Of a stretch of DNA of 64,000 bases, positions 36,274-50,570 are shown piece after piece. Numbering within the stretch: position 1 is the stretch's first letter; each line of letters opens with the position of its first letter. The notes below the pieces were generated by a model. It did no database searches, was not told where the DNA came from, and was given only the letters and a program-made list of their open reading frames with translations. Position numbers and translations under genes: made by a program. This DNA is from Octopus sinensis (taxonomy: Eukaryota): positions 95,790,001 through 95,854,000 of the forward strand of contig NC_042999.1 in the NCBI RefSeq assembly GCF_006345805.1. Reading direction: 5' to 3'.

Positions 36274-38310
36274 ATTATTATTGTTGTTGTTGTTATTCTT
36301 TTTATTATTATTATAATTATTGTTGTTTTTGCTGTTGTTTACTCTTAATCTGCATATTTGCTGCAATCACTTAGGGCAAGTGAAGGATAAGAGGTGTTAC
36401 AGTATGACTGAAGGCTTAGGGAGGGGAAAAGGCAGGGGCAGTAGCGAAGTAACTCATTGTAATACAACACAGACATTTAAATTGATAAGGTTTTTCTAAG
36501 GACATGGGCAGATATTGTCAGCACAATCTTTTGGATTTCTCTAAGACATGATTCTCCTGGGATGTTGTCTAGATGTTTCTGATATCATTTTTTATCATAC
36601 CTAGGCACCTACAATAACAGGAATAGTTCTTGCTTTAAAATGCCACATCTTTTGTATTTCAATTTCCAGGTCCTAATATGTTGTTTTGCAAACAACTTGC
36701 ACAATCAAGTGCTACCAGTTGAGAGCTCCACATACCAGAAGCCAGCAAGTGTATGAGGTCATCAGGAGAGAATGCATGCTGTTTCAGGGCCTACCTCTCA
36801 ATAGCATCAATGCACACTCGCCCCCTCACTGATATGAGGCCCTGGTTATCGAATAAAGTTCAATATTCTTCTAGCCTTCACTCATCATCTCTTTTTAACC
36901 AAATCCAGTGGCTAGCCTTTTCCACTGTAGTTTAGACATCGGTCATGGGGGTATTTACTTTACAATGAGTTCGGCCTAATGATAACACTGTGTCCAACAA
37001 GTCCTCTACATTTGACTTCATTTGGAAAATTCTCTGCTTTCCAGCTTGCATTTTCACATGAGATGCCATCACCTCCTGGGGCATTCTTTTCTCTAGCTTT
37101 TCTCATGAAATCATTCACCTCTTTCTTACTGATGTCACCAATTTGAAATTCAATATCAGGTTCTAAGAGATGCTTTAGCCCATTTAGAGGTGGCAGTGGC
37201 TGGTTATGGTGTAGATCCACACTTTCCTTTCACTAACTGGATATTATCTTTCACTCCAAAAAATTCCTTTCCTGTATCACATATTGAGCTTGTTAACTTT
37301 CCCAGTTTCTCCACTGTAGATCCTGTCATTCTATAAAGAGCTCGACATAACTTTTCAAACTCTTTATATTTTCCTTTCTCATTAGCAGCAGGCCTCAGAA
37401 CCCTCGGTTTCCTCCGAGTACTCTCTGATGCACCAGTTTCAAAACCTGCAGTTTCCTGTTGGGAAGAGGTCTTTGCTGTAGCAGTTATTGATCTGCTGTG
37501 GTTTGAATCCAGGGATGATTTGCCATGTGTTTTACAATCAGATAATCCCCACTGCTCGGTCCTCCTCTTACTAGTCTTACCCTGATGTATCTTCAAGCCT
37601 CAGCACTGCTGTATTTACTAATCAAATAATTTGTCAAATTCCTTTACAGATATATTTTTATCATCAGGAACAGTTATATCTATTAGTCTACAAGTATTTT
37701 CTTCTGTGTCTTTAATAATTATGTCTGGTCAATTAGCCTGGCTCATTCTGTTGGTATTGACTGGAAAATCCTAGAGGACAGTGATATTTTTATCTTCATG
37801 ACTGGTTCAGGATGATGTTCATACAAGTAAGCTGATTTTGTAGTGTTTACATATTTTCCAATGTAAATACTGTCCTACCCTTTTGTGGCGATTTTTGTAT
37901 TCATTCAGTGTCAGCCCAGGGCATCCCAAAACGAGGTGGTCCATTGTTTCATCAAATGTATCACAGAATCTGCATTTTAGATTACTACCATTTTGAAGAA
38001 CATTAGCCTAGTAGTTTCTAGTTAGGAAGCATTGATCTTATGCTGCCAATATGAAACCTTCATTTTCTGCTTTCAGTCCTGAACTTCTCATTCACTGATA
38101 GGTTGTTACTTGGTTCACATCAGCATTTTGACTTTGAAGAATATACTGTCCATGCAGGAGCTTCTGGCTCTACCTTTTCTCAATTTGTTTCTGTCTGTTC
38201 TTTTTTGCAGTCTGCTTGATTCATGTTGATTGCTTGGTGACAATGGTTTCTGGTTCTTCATCTAATTCAGGCTTAATGCCAAATTCTCTTGAATTTACAA
38301 GCTTCTTAGG
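36274..38310 (-). mobile_element. R4/Dong-like non-LTR element 3' part (CCHC knuckle plus restriction-like endonuclease), split by an insertion
   Basis: LLHGQY...SGLKAENEGFILAA*DQ, CRFCDTFDETMDHLVLGC, PDIIIKD..CRLIDITVPDDKNISVKEFDKL (37620-38150). It resumes near 36690 with DLEIEIQKMW...EIQKIVLTISAHVLRKTLSI*. An (AAT/AAC)n tail lies at about 36274-36345. Confidence 0.75.
36700..37615 (-). mobile_element. Internally deleted REL-type LINE (Hero/NeSL/R2-like) nested in the R4/Dong-like element
   Basis: LKIHQGK..KPRVLRPAANEK..EFE..KL.KL..I...FFG (ORF 37204..37596), then ISKKEVNDFMRKAREKNAPGGDGI (pre-RT), then a jump to the C-terminal VEKASHWIWLKRDDE*. The clade name is from memory of Hero ORFs. 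Confidence 0.55.
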
Positions 38311-38487
38311 CAAAATGCTTAGCAGCATTTCTTCTGTCTCATGCTTTGAGTTCAAATTCTGCCGAGGTCAACTTTGCCTTTCATCCTTTCAGGGTCAATA
38401 AAATAAGTACGAGTCAAGCACTGGGGTCAATGCAATTGACTTACCCACTCCCCAAAATTATTGGCCTTGTGCTAAAATGTGAAATTA
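38311..38487 (+). mobile_element. Octopus-type tRNA SINE (5'-truncated)
   Basis: AAATGCTTAGC..GAGTTCAAATTCTGCCGAGGTCAACTTTGCCTTTCATCCTTTC..ATAAAATAAGTAC..GGCCTTGTGCTAAAAT. Confidence 0.8.
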
Positions 38488-40554
38488 TTATTTAAAACAG
38501 TTTGATTTGACCCCATGTGACTTAAAGTTTCATAGGCTTCTTACAACAAGCTAGCTCATCAAGCTCAGTCAACATATATGTGTGTGTGTATTTCCCAGCC
38601 AATAATTATAAAAATGAAGCCATAATGATATCACCTGCCTCACTAGCTTTTATATTTATTCATATTTGATCACCTCTGCTAAGATGTTGCTCCACAGTAA
38701 TACCTTTATCAAGACTGATTGATTAACTCCATAGTATGTTATTTCTAAGCCTACCTCTATAGAATATCATCTGAATATTCACACATATCTTGATTTTATC
38801 ACAACACCCAACTCTTGTTAAAGAAGCTCTGATGTCTTTGGTTTTATTTAAAATCTCATAACAGTTATATTAACCTTGTAGTTGATGCAAGGTATATTAT
38901 AGTACTAATTGGTAGAACCTGATTATACATCAAAATAAATTTAAGATGTAAGTGGTCTCACATCAACCAAATTTCTTATAAACATAACAAAGTTTAGAAT
39001 ATCCCAACCTTAATAGACTAAATTTGATCAGAATTAATGTGTGCAATAAAAAATTGAGGATAGTGTTGCTTTTGGAGAAACAAATAGGCTGACATAAACA
39101 GTTTGTATTACATTGAGTAAAAGTGGAATCTTTATTTCTTAATTCAAGTACCTAATCATACAAAGGTAATGATGACAGGAAAATAGTTGAAGTACTGAAT
39201 CCCCTTTAAATCCAAAGTGAATCTGGTTTCTTTCATCTTTTTGACACTAAGCTATTTGATTTTGACTTTTGGCTTCCTTTGCAAGAAAGTTTTTAAAATG
39301 TACTCTTAAGACAACTTATCTTGAGAGTTAACCATGTATTGAAATGTCACTTAATACTTGGAACAATGTAAAAATTATTTCAGAAGACCTATAAAATAAA
39401 AGGGGGAATAAAATAAATAGGAAAGCTGGCAAAACAGACTAACAAACTGACAAATGTAAAGTGTTAAATATATGTTGGAGGAGATGGGAATGAACTGGAT
39501 AGATTCAATTCAATGATGGCAAGAATGAGTTGAACAGTTACTCCAGTTGTGAAGTGTCAGCAAGAGATATAAAAGCAGTTAATTTCTATGAAACAGGCTC
39601 TTGAACTGTCAGATAATGTAGCAGAATAGCAAAATCCTACAGCTTGCAGTGAAAGTAATCAACACACAAATAAAGAAACAAAATCGACCAAGTTATCAAA
39701 GCTTTGTGAATAATGATTATACATGAAAACTTGTTATTTTTTTGTTGTCAGAAGAGTTGTGGTTGGTGTGTGTGTGTGTGTGTGTGCATGCTTGTATTTG
39801 TGTTTGCATGTGCATGTATGCAGCTAGGGAAAAAATATTTTTAAAGAAGTGAAGAAAGTAAAGTATGTAGATGAATGCTTAATTATAATTTTTATTTGAT
39901 ACATAAAGCAGTGATGAAAAGCATAAGTGTTTGTAGATCAAATTGATAAAAATAATAACATAGAGAGGTTGAAAGCAATAATAAGCCCAATGTATCTTCA
40001 TTTGGAGTTTATTGGCTTAGTTTGTACTGCTAATATCTCCATCGTGACATGATAATTTACTCACTCAAGATAGTTCTTCAATGAAAGAAACAATTTTACC
40101 AATAATCTAAGTAGTATTAAAACTAAATCCAAACATGTTTAAGTACACACTCGTTATAATGACCAAAAATTATAGAAATAAATATAATATATAAGACAGC
40201 TATTTCTTGCAGTTATTCTTGCTGATTGGAGTAGGACACAAATGTAATTCTTAGTGTGCACATCACATTTTGCCACATACAAAAATATAACACGATAAAT
40301 ATTAGCATATTAAAAATTTCCAATACATACATTTTTCTCTCAGCTGATACTATATATATGTGCATTCATACATACTCATAAAAATACATATATAATGTCC
40401 TTGATTCTTTAAAATAATTAATTATTATACCATTGCCTAAACAGTCAGTTGTAATGATTATTCTCCTGAACTCATCTCCTGCATAATGAAATAATTTTGG
40501 AGAACATTCCTGATGTGCATAAGAACCAGTGTTTGCCACCACTAGTCTGTCTTT

Positions 40555-40780
40555 TATGCAAATAGTTCCATGGAAGATGCAATGTTGACTGCACTATGAT
40601 ACCTGCAAAGAACAGATATCAAAGTGCTGTTTTCTGACTTTAGCCCTTCATTCAACACTATCATAACTATCTTGTTGGCTCTGGAATTTCAAGATCCAAA
40701 TTTGAGTTTTTCATCTCCCTATCTGTTACTTTTAGCATCGGTGTGTCAAAGAGACATGTACTGCCCCCACCTCTTTTTGG
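40555..40780 (+). mobile_element. Rex1/Babar-like RT remnant
   Basis: ANSSMEDAMLTAL*YLQRTDIKVLFSDFSPSFNTII resembles the Rex1 NRSTEDAI...VRMLFxDFSSAFNTII motif. Confidence 0.5.
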
Positions 40781-41729
40781 AGTCATGTAAAAAGTGCTGA
40801 GCCATTCATTTTACTGCTCTAAAAACTATAAAGTGTGAAGGTAACACCAGTATAATAGTTTTGATAAATGGCTTGTAAAGAATCAGTACAGAGATAGAGA
40901 TATTGACTAATGAAATATACCTGGCATTCGATTCCATAACAGTGGTTCTCATTTTATGACTATATATGTTCAAAATTCTACAACAACTTCACATTTATAT
41001 GAATGATAGTAATGGCAAAGGAGTTCCCAGATTCAGACTCCTTGACATCCTGATTATTTCTCCAGATTATACAAAATGTTTCTGTGTATAAAACAGTTTG
41101 TGTGAGACATTATAAGTGTAAGGATGTAGTGAAACTGTTAATCTTAGAATGGTTTTCATGATACGAAAAGTCATGGCAAACTAACATACATCAGTTTCTA
41201 CTTTTAACTGAATTGTATCTTATGTATCTTACCATTTCCCAGATTATCTTTAATTCCATAATTGACAATACATGTTACATAGTTCTATAGATCCTTTAAT
41301 CCTTTATTCATGCAAAATACAGTTCACGTTAAAAGTACAAGTGTGTAAGTAACTGCAAAACAGACATCTATATATTAACATGAAAGATTAACAAGCATGT
41401 CAAAGTGAAATAAGAATTCTCCAGATTTGGCTCATCTGTCTTTTCCCCAAATTACTTCTTAACTTCATCTCATTTATGACCAAGTCAGTATTTAAGTAAT
41501 GGTTTATTTAAGAGATACTTCTGTGAATGATGGACAAATATAATTGGTAAACTGATTTCATATTCTTCAACTCGCAGTAAATCTTACTTCCCAAGATAAT
41601 AAAAATAGATTGTTGTATGTTTAAATTCAAGTAAATGTTAAATTTCAGCTTAATAAATTGTTGCATCTTGTTTGTACTAGTAGTACCAAAGCTATTAATG
41701 CAGGAAATTTCTTCTGCTGTATTCTATAG

Positions 41730-41900
41730 ACAAATATACCTAACATGCAAAACAGCTGCAACTATACTGAGCTGTTTACAGAAGATGCATCTTTTAACAA
41801 ATTCCTTCAGTCTGTTCAGAAAGCAGCTTCAATTTTGAATAGGCCATGCTTGAATGCATTGTTGCTTTCAGACAATGTATTATATCAATTTGTAGTGGAA
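41730..41900 (+). CDS. Weak candidate exon (171 nt, phase 0-0, internal ATG at 41745)
   Basis: TTTCTTCTGCTGTATTCTATAG acceptor, open frame TNIPNMQNSC...YQFVVE, donor AA|GTCAGT. Could be chance. Confidence 0.2.
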
Positions 41901-44900
41901 GTCAGTTTTCTATATCTGTCAACAGCTTGTGTTCAACATAAAAGATATGTGAAATTCTTACATCTTATTTTAGCAATTAGTTCATGTTTAGTTATTGCTT
42001 TCTTTAACTATCTATTATACTTGGTTGCCTTAATCTTTAAAGGTAAAATAGCATGATTTTTATATTTATTTTGCAGTGTTGAATCATAGAAAAAAATTGA
42101 AGTTTAAAATGGTTAGAATAGTTATCAAATTGTTTAACAAGTTATGTAATGCTAGTAATAATTGAGGTTAGATGTGATAGAAGCAGACCAGATGAAAAAA
42201 TATAACATTAAACCTTGCAAATAAGATTATAAAGAATTGATTCATGTGAAGCGTGTAAAGTTTGATATGAGAAAATGGAAAACACCTGAAATCATTTTAA
42301 AATATTGATAAATTAATTTGAAAACAAACGTTGTATAATTATAAATATCTACTTTAAAAAGCATAAAATGCTTTGTACTCATTTACACGAAGCTTGTGAT
42401 TTAGTCTGAAAAAACTGGAATCCTTGCAGCAACCTTAGAGTTGGCATTAAAATGTTTTATATACTTAACTCATTATCAAACATTGTGCAATTGACCATAG
42501 ATCAAAAACAATATTTTACCAACTAGTGTACTAATATTTTTCTGCTACACATTACAACCAAATCAGCATCAGTCAACAATTCTACCCCTATTTTGTGCTG
42601 CAGCATTTTTTTTTTTAATCAGTTCTTAATTTCTACTCCTATTATTCTTGCTGACTACAATGTTACAAACTGAAGATCTCACCCGCTATATTATATTGTA
42701 TGTTGATATATAAATGATTTCTTTTAAATTATTTGTCACTCTATCTTAGAAATATGATCAATGCAAAATTCCTTTGTTGAATTGACAGTAGAGTTTACTT
42801 GTAAACATTGAATTACATCAAAGATAGTAAGCTTTATTGGCATTTGCTCAAAAGGAATTTTCATCCATAAAAACTGATGCATACATAGGGCTGTGAATGT
42901 GTTTTTGCATGCCTGCTGTGCATTAATATATTAGTTTGTATCTCTCTCTCTCGCCCATGCACCTCTCTTCTCTCTCTTGCCCCATGTCTTTCTCATTGCT
43001 GCCCTCTCTCTCACTACCTGTGGGTTTACATATAATTTTATTGAAATAAATGCTAGACCTCACTAATTTTGACATGATTATGTACCCACTGTCTGACTTG
43101 AAGCCCATATAAAACAACCTAGAATACTAATATAAAAGCAAATCAGAAATCATTTGGGCAAACACTCTGTTGCTACTTCTAGTGATGCTGTATTTTTAGT
43201 CATGTCAACACCCAGCTGTTGAAAAATATTTAGCCATTCCCAAGTGCACTTTTAACTTACAGCTCAGTTGATCATTAATACGTGTGTGTACTTTCTCTCT
43301 CCCTCTCTCTCCCCTCATGCAGGCTCATATGGATATATATATATGTCTTATCTAATGTGCAGCCAAATGCTGACAAACTATCAATAAATAGTTATATATA
43401 TTTATGAATTAATCAATACATTTATTTAAACACTTTCAAATGTTTTTCTTTTCCTTCTATAACAATTGGTAGCTAATGAATATCTTAGATGAATTTCTGC
43501 ACAGCAACATAATAAACCAGAAAAGATTATTAATTTTAAGTGAACAGTTTGGAAAGTATACTAAATAGTGAATGTCACATAAAGTAGACTGATCTGTAGC
43601 TTTAATTTGGCTGTAATGGATGACAGAGTCTAAATTGTAATAGAGTTTTTGAGCATTAATAGAAAGATAGAAAGCATCTTTAATTGAAATGCTATAAAAC
43701 ATGTACTCAGTGTCAGTGACAGCTGTCTCAAAGATAGCATTAATCCTGTATTAAGTATCAGCTCAAAGGTCTAAAGGTGGTCATCTTGTAATGTCTACAA
43801 ATTAATATCTAATGATGAAACTGATACCTGGATAGCTTCAGACATTAACTTATCTATATTTTTATATGGGCATGGCTTTTATTATTTTAGTGTTCTTGAC
43901 TATTAAGTCATTGATTCTGTTTTGATATGCACTATTCTGAGTAGTATATTCACCAATCTTCAGATCTCTGTTAGGTTTGAACTTACTTTCTATACAATGA
44001 CATGGTTGCCCAATTAAGTAAAACTTTTGTTTCAGTCCTATTTATGAAATTATCATTAATATGATTCAAAATACCTCAGAAAACTCAGTTTATAGCAATA
44101 TAAAGATATCTAATAAATATAAGATTCTTTCCAAAACATTGACAATATGAAATCTATTTTCCCAAAGTTTTTCAAGAAATCAAGTGGAAACACTATTTAC
44201 CAATATTAATGTACTCAGTCATCAGTTACTTCTTTCCTGTGTTTGTTTTGTTAGAGCAACAAATATGATCTACCTTCTTTCCTAAGTATTTGTGTAGTTT
44301 CACTTCTGTTAAATACCAAAAGAAATATGTAAGTGAATGACAGTAATGGACAATAAAGTTAATTCTTTAACAGCTGACAACATAAAAACTTCCTTTCTTT
44401 TTGTACCATTAATCATTTCTACAGTAATAACCATAGTCCATCATATTATAGCAACAAGGATTTCTTACTTGAGTTTTAAGCATCTAACCACCAGCTATGT
44501 TGATTGCTATTTCTCACTAAGCTTCTTACTGGACTTGCAATCTTTTCACTAGTTTCTCCATATGAATGGGATGGAATATGATAGTAGCTACAACAATAAA
44601 GCAAGAACATCTATTGACTAGACTCTTCATATTCCTAGCTACTTCCAATAGTAATTAATTTAGAGACATCGATATTTTCATTATATAATGTTTAACTAAG
44701 GAATCTATTGGTCTTTGAAACAATGAGCCTGCGTTTAATACAGAGAAGCTAGGAAAATTCAATCTTGTAAAAGTTTCTGTCAATTTTTAGACATCCCAGG
44801 CAATTAAATTTTTTTCCTTTTAAATATATTATGTTGATTTTATTTATCTGTTAGCTCATATGTACTTAAGTTCTTACATTTCATGATGCATGCTAAACAA

Positions 44901-46101
44901 TTATCAATTACTTCTTTTTCAAATTTTTTGCAGTATCCTTGCTTGTCAACAAATTTTTCTACCATAAGATATTACTATTCTAATAATTTTTCTTATGTGC
45001 AGTAAGTTTTCCAGGTTTGACATAAAATTAGAGAGACATATCTTACTTAACCATCTATATAATAATCTGCTTGTTCACTCACCTGTTGGAAGTAGAATAA
45101 GTGAGAGGTGAAGTAAAAGAAAGAGGGGGAGTGTAAGTAGAGAAGAAAGAAGTAGAGAAAGGTGTATAATAAGGCCAAATGCATCATGTGGTTAGTTGAA
45201 GGGAGAGGCAAAGAGAGAGAGAAAAAGACGGTGAGAGAAAAGAGGGAAAGAGAAATGTTAATGGCATGCTGTTGGGAGGGGGGGGGGTAAAGAAAAAGAG
45301 ATATGTTTAGGGATACAATATTTAGCAGAGGGTAATGTCCTGGTGGTGAGGTTAAAGAAAGGCAGATAGAGGGAGATGAACAGGGGTAGCAGTTACATTA
45401 AGAGAGAGAGACAGAGAGAGGCTGACAGCATTTGTATTGTCAGAGTAGAGATATATCAACAGCAAGACAAAGTAGATATAAACAAACAGCCAGACAGGAA
45501 TGAAATGAAATGAGTTTTGTTACTGGAAACTATATTGATGATTATGATGGTGGTGGTGCTGTGCTGATAGTGAAAATAATTTTTTTATTGAACTAAATCT
45601 ATTATATTACTCTTCTACCTGTTCGTTCATACCTTACACTTTAGTTTGTTAGAGAGGAAAAGGAGGTGGAATGAGAGAGAGGAAGAAGAAATGTGTGAGT
45701 GAGAGAGCAGATAACCAGCCAATGCGTTATGTTATCATTCATATGGTTAGTGGAAGTGAGAAGAGAAAGTAAGAAATTACATTGTTAAAAAGTTTGTTGA
45801 AGAGGTAGAGAGAAAAAGAGAAGCATCAAGTGCTTAGCTGAGGGAAATTTTAAAATCATATTGTGACTTGAAGTGAAATAACTTAGCAAAATAAAAATGT
45901 GAATCATCCTTTCTTTCTTAAATAGTTTCTCTTAATCTTTTTCATTCTGTGGAATTTCCGTGGGTCCCACTAGTAATATTTATGTTAACACTTGCCAAAA
46001 TCACTTTAGAAATTAAAAATAAAATTTATCTGAGTTGAAATCAATTTTCAGTATCTAAATTAAATGTATAGTCACTTGAATTGTGTGTGTGTGTGTGTAT
46101 T

Positions 46102-46428
46102 GTGAAGGCACAGGCTTAGTGGCAAGAGTATTTGGTTCATGACTGTATGGTCATGAGTTCCCAGCATCACACTGTGTCCTTGAGCAAGACCCTTTATTTC
46201 ACATTGCTCCACTCCACTCATCTGGAAAAATTGAGTTGTACTTGTATGACAAAGGGCTAGCCTTATCACATTCTGTATCATGCTGAATCTCCTTGAAAAC
46301 AACAATAAGGGTACATGTGTCTGTGGAGTGCTCAGCCACTTGCACATTAATTTCATGAGCTGGCTGTTCCATTGATTCAATCAACTGGAACCCTTGTCAT
46401 CATAACTGACAGAGTGCCAGTTTATATG
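46102..46428 (+). mobile_element. tRNA-headed SINE with a conserved central domain (CORE/Meta-like)
   Basis: Head GGCACAGGCTTAGTGGCAAGAG.. and central TGTGTCCTTGAGCAAGACCCTTTATTTCACATTGCTCC. I cannot assign the exact domain superfamily by eye. Confidence 0.65.
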
Positions 46429-47689
46429 CATTACTCTCCTTGCTTTTTCTCATTTTTCCTTTTTTTCCTCTTCCATTCTTACCTCCTATTTTCCTTTCTC
46501 CACTTTTGTCATACTTCCTCACTATTATCACACTCTGTGACTAGAAAACTATAAATAATGTCAAACCCCATCAATTTTCCTGTCACAACCTACCCAAAGA
46601 TCCTGTGCACCTACAGGTGGAACTCAGAGTAGCAAGAGTGACTTGACCAAAATAAAAAGTTATTACTCTCTACCATGATACTGAGCATTCTTTTTTCCAA
46701 CAGTCCACACTTATTGGATAACTATACCTGTATGTGTGTGTTAAAATCATAAAGGGTTTTCTTTAAAATGATGCTGTCAACAACAGGAAGAAGGATCAAA
46801 TTATCAGTTTATGTATGAAAATCTTTCATAGTTCACCAAGTGTTGCCAGGCAATTTTTCCTCTAGAATGTTTTATATAAATTTTTGTTTATTACTTGTCA
46901 GATCACGCCTTCCTTGACAGATAGGCATCTTGATCAGGACAGATTTGTGCAATTTTTCATAAAAAACTTTGTTGAGGTTTTTTTTCCTTTTTAAATTATT
47001 TACATGTCTGTTTGACTGTTTCACATGACTTTATTCATTAAAACTTATTAAAACTTCAGAAGTTCTTACAACTTTGGTCAACAAAATACTTTTAATAAAA
47101 ACTTATCATAGTGATTTTGCTTTCGTTTTGTGATAGACAGCTATGATGCAAAAAATGCCAGCTTCCAAATCCTGCTTTCTGATTAGGTAAGTTTAAAATT
47201 TCACAATATGTGACAGCAACAGGGAAGACCCTACAAAAGTAGAGAGACAGACAGTTATAGGTTGTGACACACACACACACATTTACAAATGTACACACAT
47301 GTGATCACAAATTTAAAATGGTGCATAGTAGACTTATGTATGTATGTATGTATGTGTGTGTGTGTGTTTCTTTGTGATGGACAGCAGAGAAGCCACCTAT
47401 CCCCTCTCTCCTTAAAGCTATGTATTCCCCACACCCACCTTTCTTTCCCTTCTTTAGCATTTTAAAAGTTTGTGTGTGTGTGTATGCATGTATCTATGTA
47501 TTTATGAAAGTATGTGTGCAGCGTTATGGTATATCCATGAATGACAGCTGTATTAATGTTAGGATCCCACTGTCACTCCATATTTGTCACTTACACAATG
47601 CTGTTCTCCCCTTCCCTGATATCAGTCACACTCACTACGCTACCACATTTTCCTCACACTGACACTCTTCTCATTTTATCAAATAATAG

Positions 47690-47868
47690 CTCAACCCTGC
47701 TAGGGGGCCCATTATAGATTTTTATGGAAATCCAATTAGCCTATAATTGAACTGGATGTTAGTTTAACATGTATGTAAAGTTTTGCCAAAATTGGTTCCC
47801 AGGTATAGGCAGCAAAATGGTAACAGGCTGATTGACAGACAGAAATTGCGATTTATGTATAAGATTAA
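47690..47868 (+). mobile_element. Possible Helitron/DINE-like 3' fragment
   Basis: TGTAAAGTTTTGCCAAAATTGGTTC...GACAGACAGAAATTGCGATTTATGTATAAGAT resembles DINE-1/HINE ends. Confidence 0.4.
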
Positions 47869-49358
47869 ATCATTGCAAACTGCTTTCCATGCCTATTGTT
47901 TTAACTTTTGATGCTGATAACTGATGTTGACTCTGCATGTCATTTTCTTGAGTCACTAAAATAAGTATCAGATTTTTAGTGGGGCCAGTTTGATTAATCA
48001 TATAAATCCCTCCAAATTTTTTGTGTCATCATTTTATGAAGGTGATTTAGTTTCATAACATAGTCAGAAATCTGACAGAGAGCTATGATTAATTAAGAAG
48101 GTAACTAAAAATGAACCACCTAGTTTCAATACAAGTTAAATTTGTGTAATAGAAGTGGGCAAGTCACCTATTTCTTTGTTAAGTGTTTTGAAATTAATTT
48201 GTTTGAAAGAACGATTAAGCAATCTGCAATGGATGTCTTTGGGCAGCTTTTACTCAGCATAATTGGAAATCTTGGCTGGAAATCACCAATTCTAAAGGGA
48301 GATACTTTGGCAAAGAAATGCTTCAGGCTGCAATCTGAAAGAATAATTGAAACTATATCTTAGAAAATAGAAATAGAGATAATAGACTAAAGAGTGAGAA
48401 TGTGTGTGTGTCTGTGTGTGTGTGTTCTCAATCTTTTTTCTGTTTGTCTGACTCTTACCTTCTCTTATTTCTTTTTCTTATGTACAAGTCATTGAATTCT
48501 AGGTAGGTGGCAATATATCAATGATTGAAGCTTTAAAATTGAAGGTGGACTAGTTTTTCTTTCTTGTTTTGTTCTCTTTTCTCCTTCCTTTCCTTCTAAT
48601 TAGCTGTAGTATTTCTTTATTATTGTACATTATTATAGTATTTCTTTATTATTTTACATTATTACTCTATCCATGAGTAACAGATTAAGTTCCCCTACTA
48701 TGTTAAATGCTTTAATTTTGTATTTCATCACTATAAGGTTAATAAAGTATCAAAAATATTATAGAAAAAGGAGGAGGAAGAAATTATCAGAACAATGGTA
48801 AATGACTGACGCCTTACTTTCTAATGCTATATTTCACATTCATATGTTCAAATACTGAAAATATACTATGCCTTTTACCTTCATAAATTGAGCTCTTCCT
48901 TTATGGACTTCCCCTAAAAAAATTGCCTTGTTCCTAATCAAAATAAATTGTGATTTCTTTGCATATGTATTTGCAGTTGTTTTAGTGTAGCAATAATTAT
49001 TAGGTGAATTAATTTCACAGCATGGTTTCATTTCTTAGTACTAACCATCACTCTACTTTACTTACATTACTAATGCTCTGAGTAAAATTTTGAATATCTT
49101 AACTCCAAATTTTTTTCTTCTAAAAGTGTCTTATCCGACTATTTAAGAAAAGTATCACATGTTTCTTTATAGCTTTTCTCTGTAGAATGTAAAATGTAAA
49201 AAACTGATTTCAAGATTTTCAAACTATTACTTTTAGTGGTCCATATATAAGTGAAGCTCAAAAGTAGCTTATAGCAATTTAGCTCTTTGTCCTCTTTCCT
49301 ACTTCCATTGTAAATTTTGTATTCATGTCTGTAAGCTAAAAACCATTAGTTAAAAATG

Positions 49359-49394
<36 letters not shown>

Positions 49395-49395
<1 letters not shown>

Positions 49396-50042
49396 CATCA
49401 TCATCATCATTTAGCGTCCGTTTTCCATGCTAGCATGGGTTGGACGGTTCTACTGGGGTCTGTGAAGCCAGAAGGCTTCATCAGGCCCAGTCAAATCTGG
49501 CAGTGTTTCTACGGCTGGATGCCCTTCCTAACGCCAACCACTCCGTGAGTGTAGTGGGTGCTTTTTACGTGCCACCCGCACTGGTGCCAGACAGAGCTGG
49601 CAAACGGCCACGAACGGATGGTGCTTTTTATGTGCCACTGGCACGAGGGCCAGGCGAGGCTGGCAACGGACACGAAACGGGGCGGTGCTGGCAACGGTCG
49701 CGAAACGGAAAGTTCTCTTACATGCCACCGGCACTGGTAACACATCTGCAATTTCCATTGATCGATTTCCATTGATCGATTTCGATTCTGATCCTCACTT
49801 GCCTCAATGGGTCTTCACAAGCAGAGTTTCAACATGCCACCGGCACTGGTAGCACATCCGCAATTTCCATTGATCGATTTCGATTCTGATCCTCACTTGC
49901 CTCAACACGTCTTCACAAGTAGAGTTTTGTGTCCCAAGAAGGGAAGGTATGCATACGTAGGCTGGCTCCATCCCATGTAGAAGGCCACGGGTTGTGGACT
50001 CACTTGTCCTGCCGGGTCTTCTCGCGCACAGCACACTTCCAA
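49395..50042 (-). mobile_element. RTE-type 3'-end repeat with VNTR and an internal about 110-bp direct duplication
   Basis: Reverse complement of the 1737-2493 family. CATGCCACCGGCACTGGTA..GTCTTCACAAG occurs twice (about 49721-49826 and 49833-49927). Confidence 0.85.
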
Positions 50043-50570
50043 TATATATATATATATATATCTTTTATAACCATGTTCATACATGATTATATTTGACACA
50101 TAATCATCATCATCTTCATTTTCACAATCACCACCATCATTACCAATATCCTCATTAGTAGCAGCAGCATTTGCTTTCTGTTCTGACATCAGTTAGATGG
50201 GTTTTTGCTGCTTTTCTAGATGAGACAGAAGGCTACATCTTGCTCAGTAAGTTTCCTTTTTAGCTAGGTTTCTTCAGGCTGAATACCCCCACTAAGACCA
50301 GCAATTTTTACATTGTATACAAATTGAAATTTTCAGGACACCAGCACTAGAGAAGTTACTGTATCTTTGACAAAATTAAAGTGTCCTCCCAACCCTAGAC
50401 TTGACAGGGAGAATAAAAGTGAAACAGTGACAGATTGCTTGAGGTGGATAAATGATGAGAGTGGTTGATGGATGTTGATATCATGTGGCCAGTGGGAAAT
50501 ATAGATGGAGTGCATGAGGTTCATGCAGGACTGATGAAATCTGTTAAGTATATATCTCAAGATGTTAAAT

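Noticed and set aside
45077-45170. Minus-strand long pyrimidine tract plus CAG|GTGAGT (recursive-splice-like) at 45083/45082
   Set aside because: It is antisense to the only supported gene, and the tract is part of a low-complexity purine-rich repeat. No minus-strand gene is evident.
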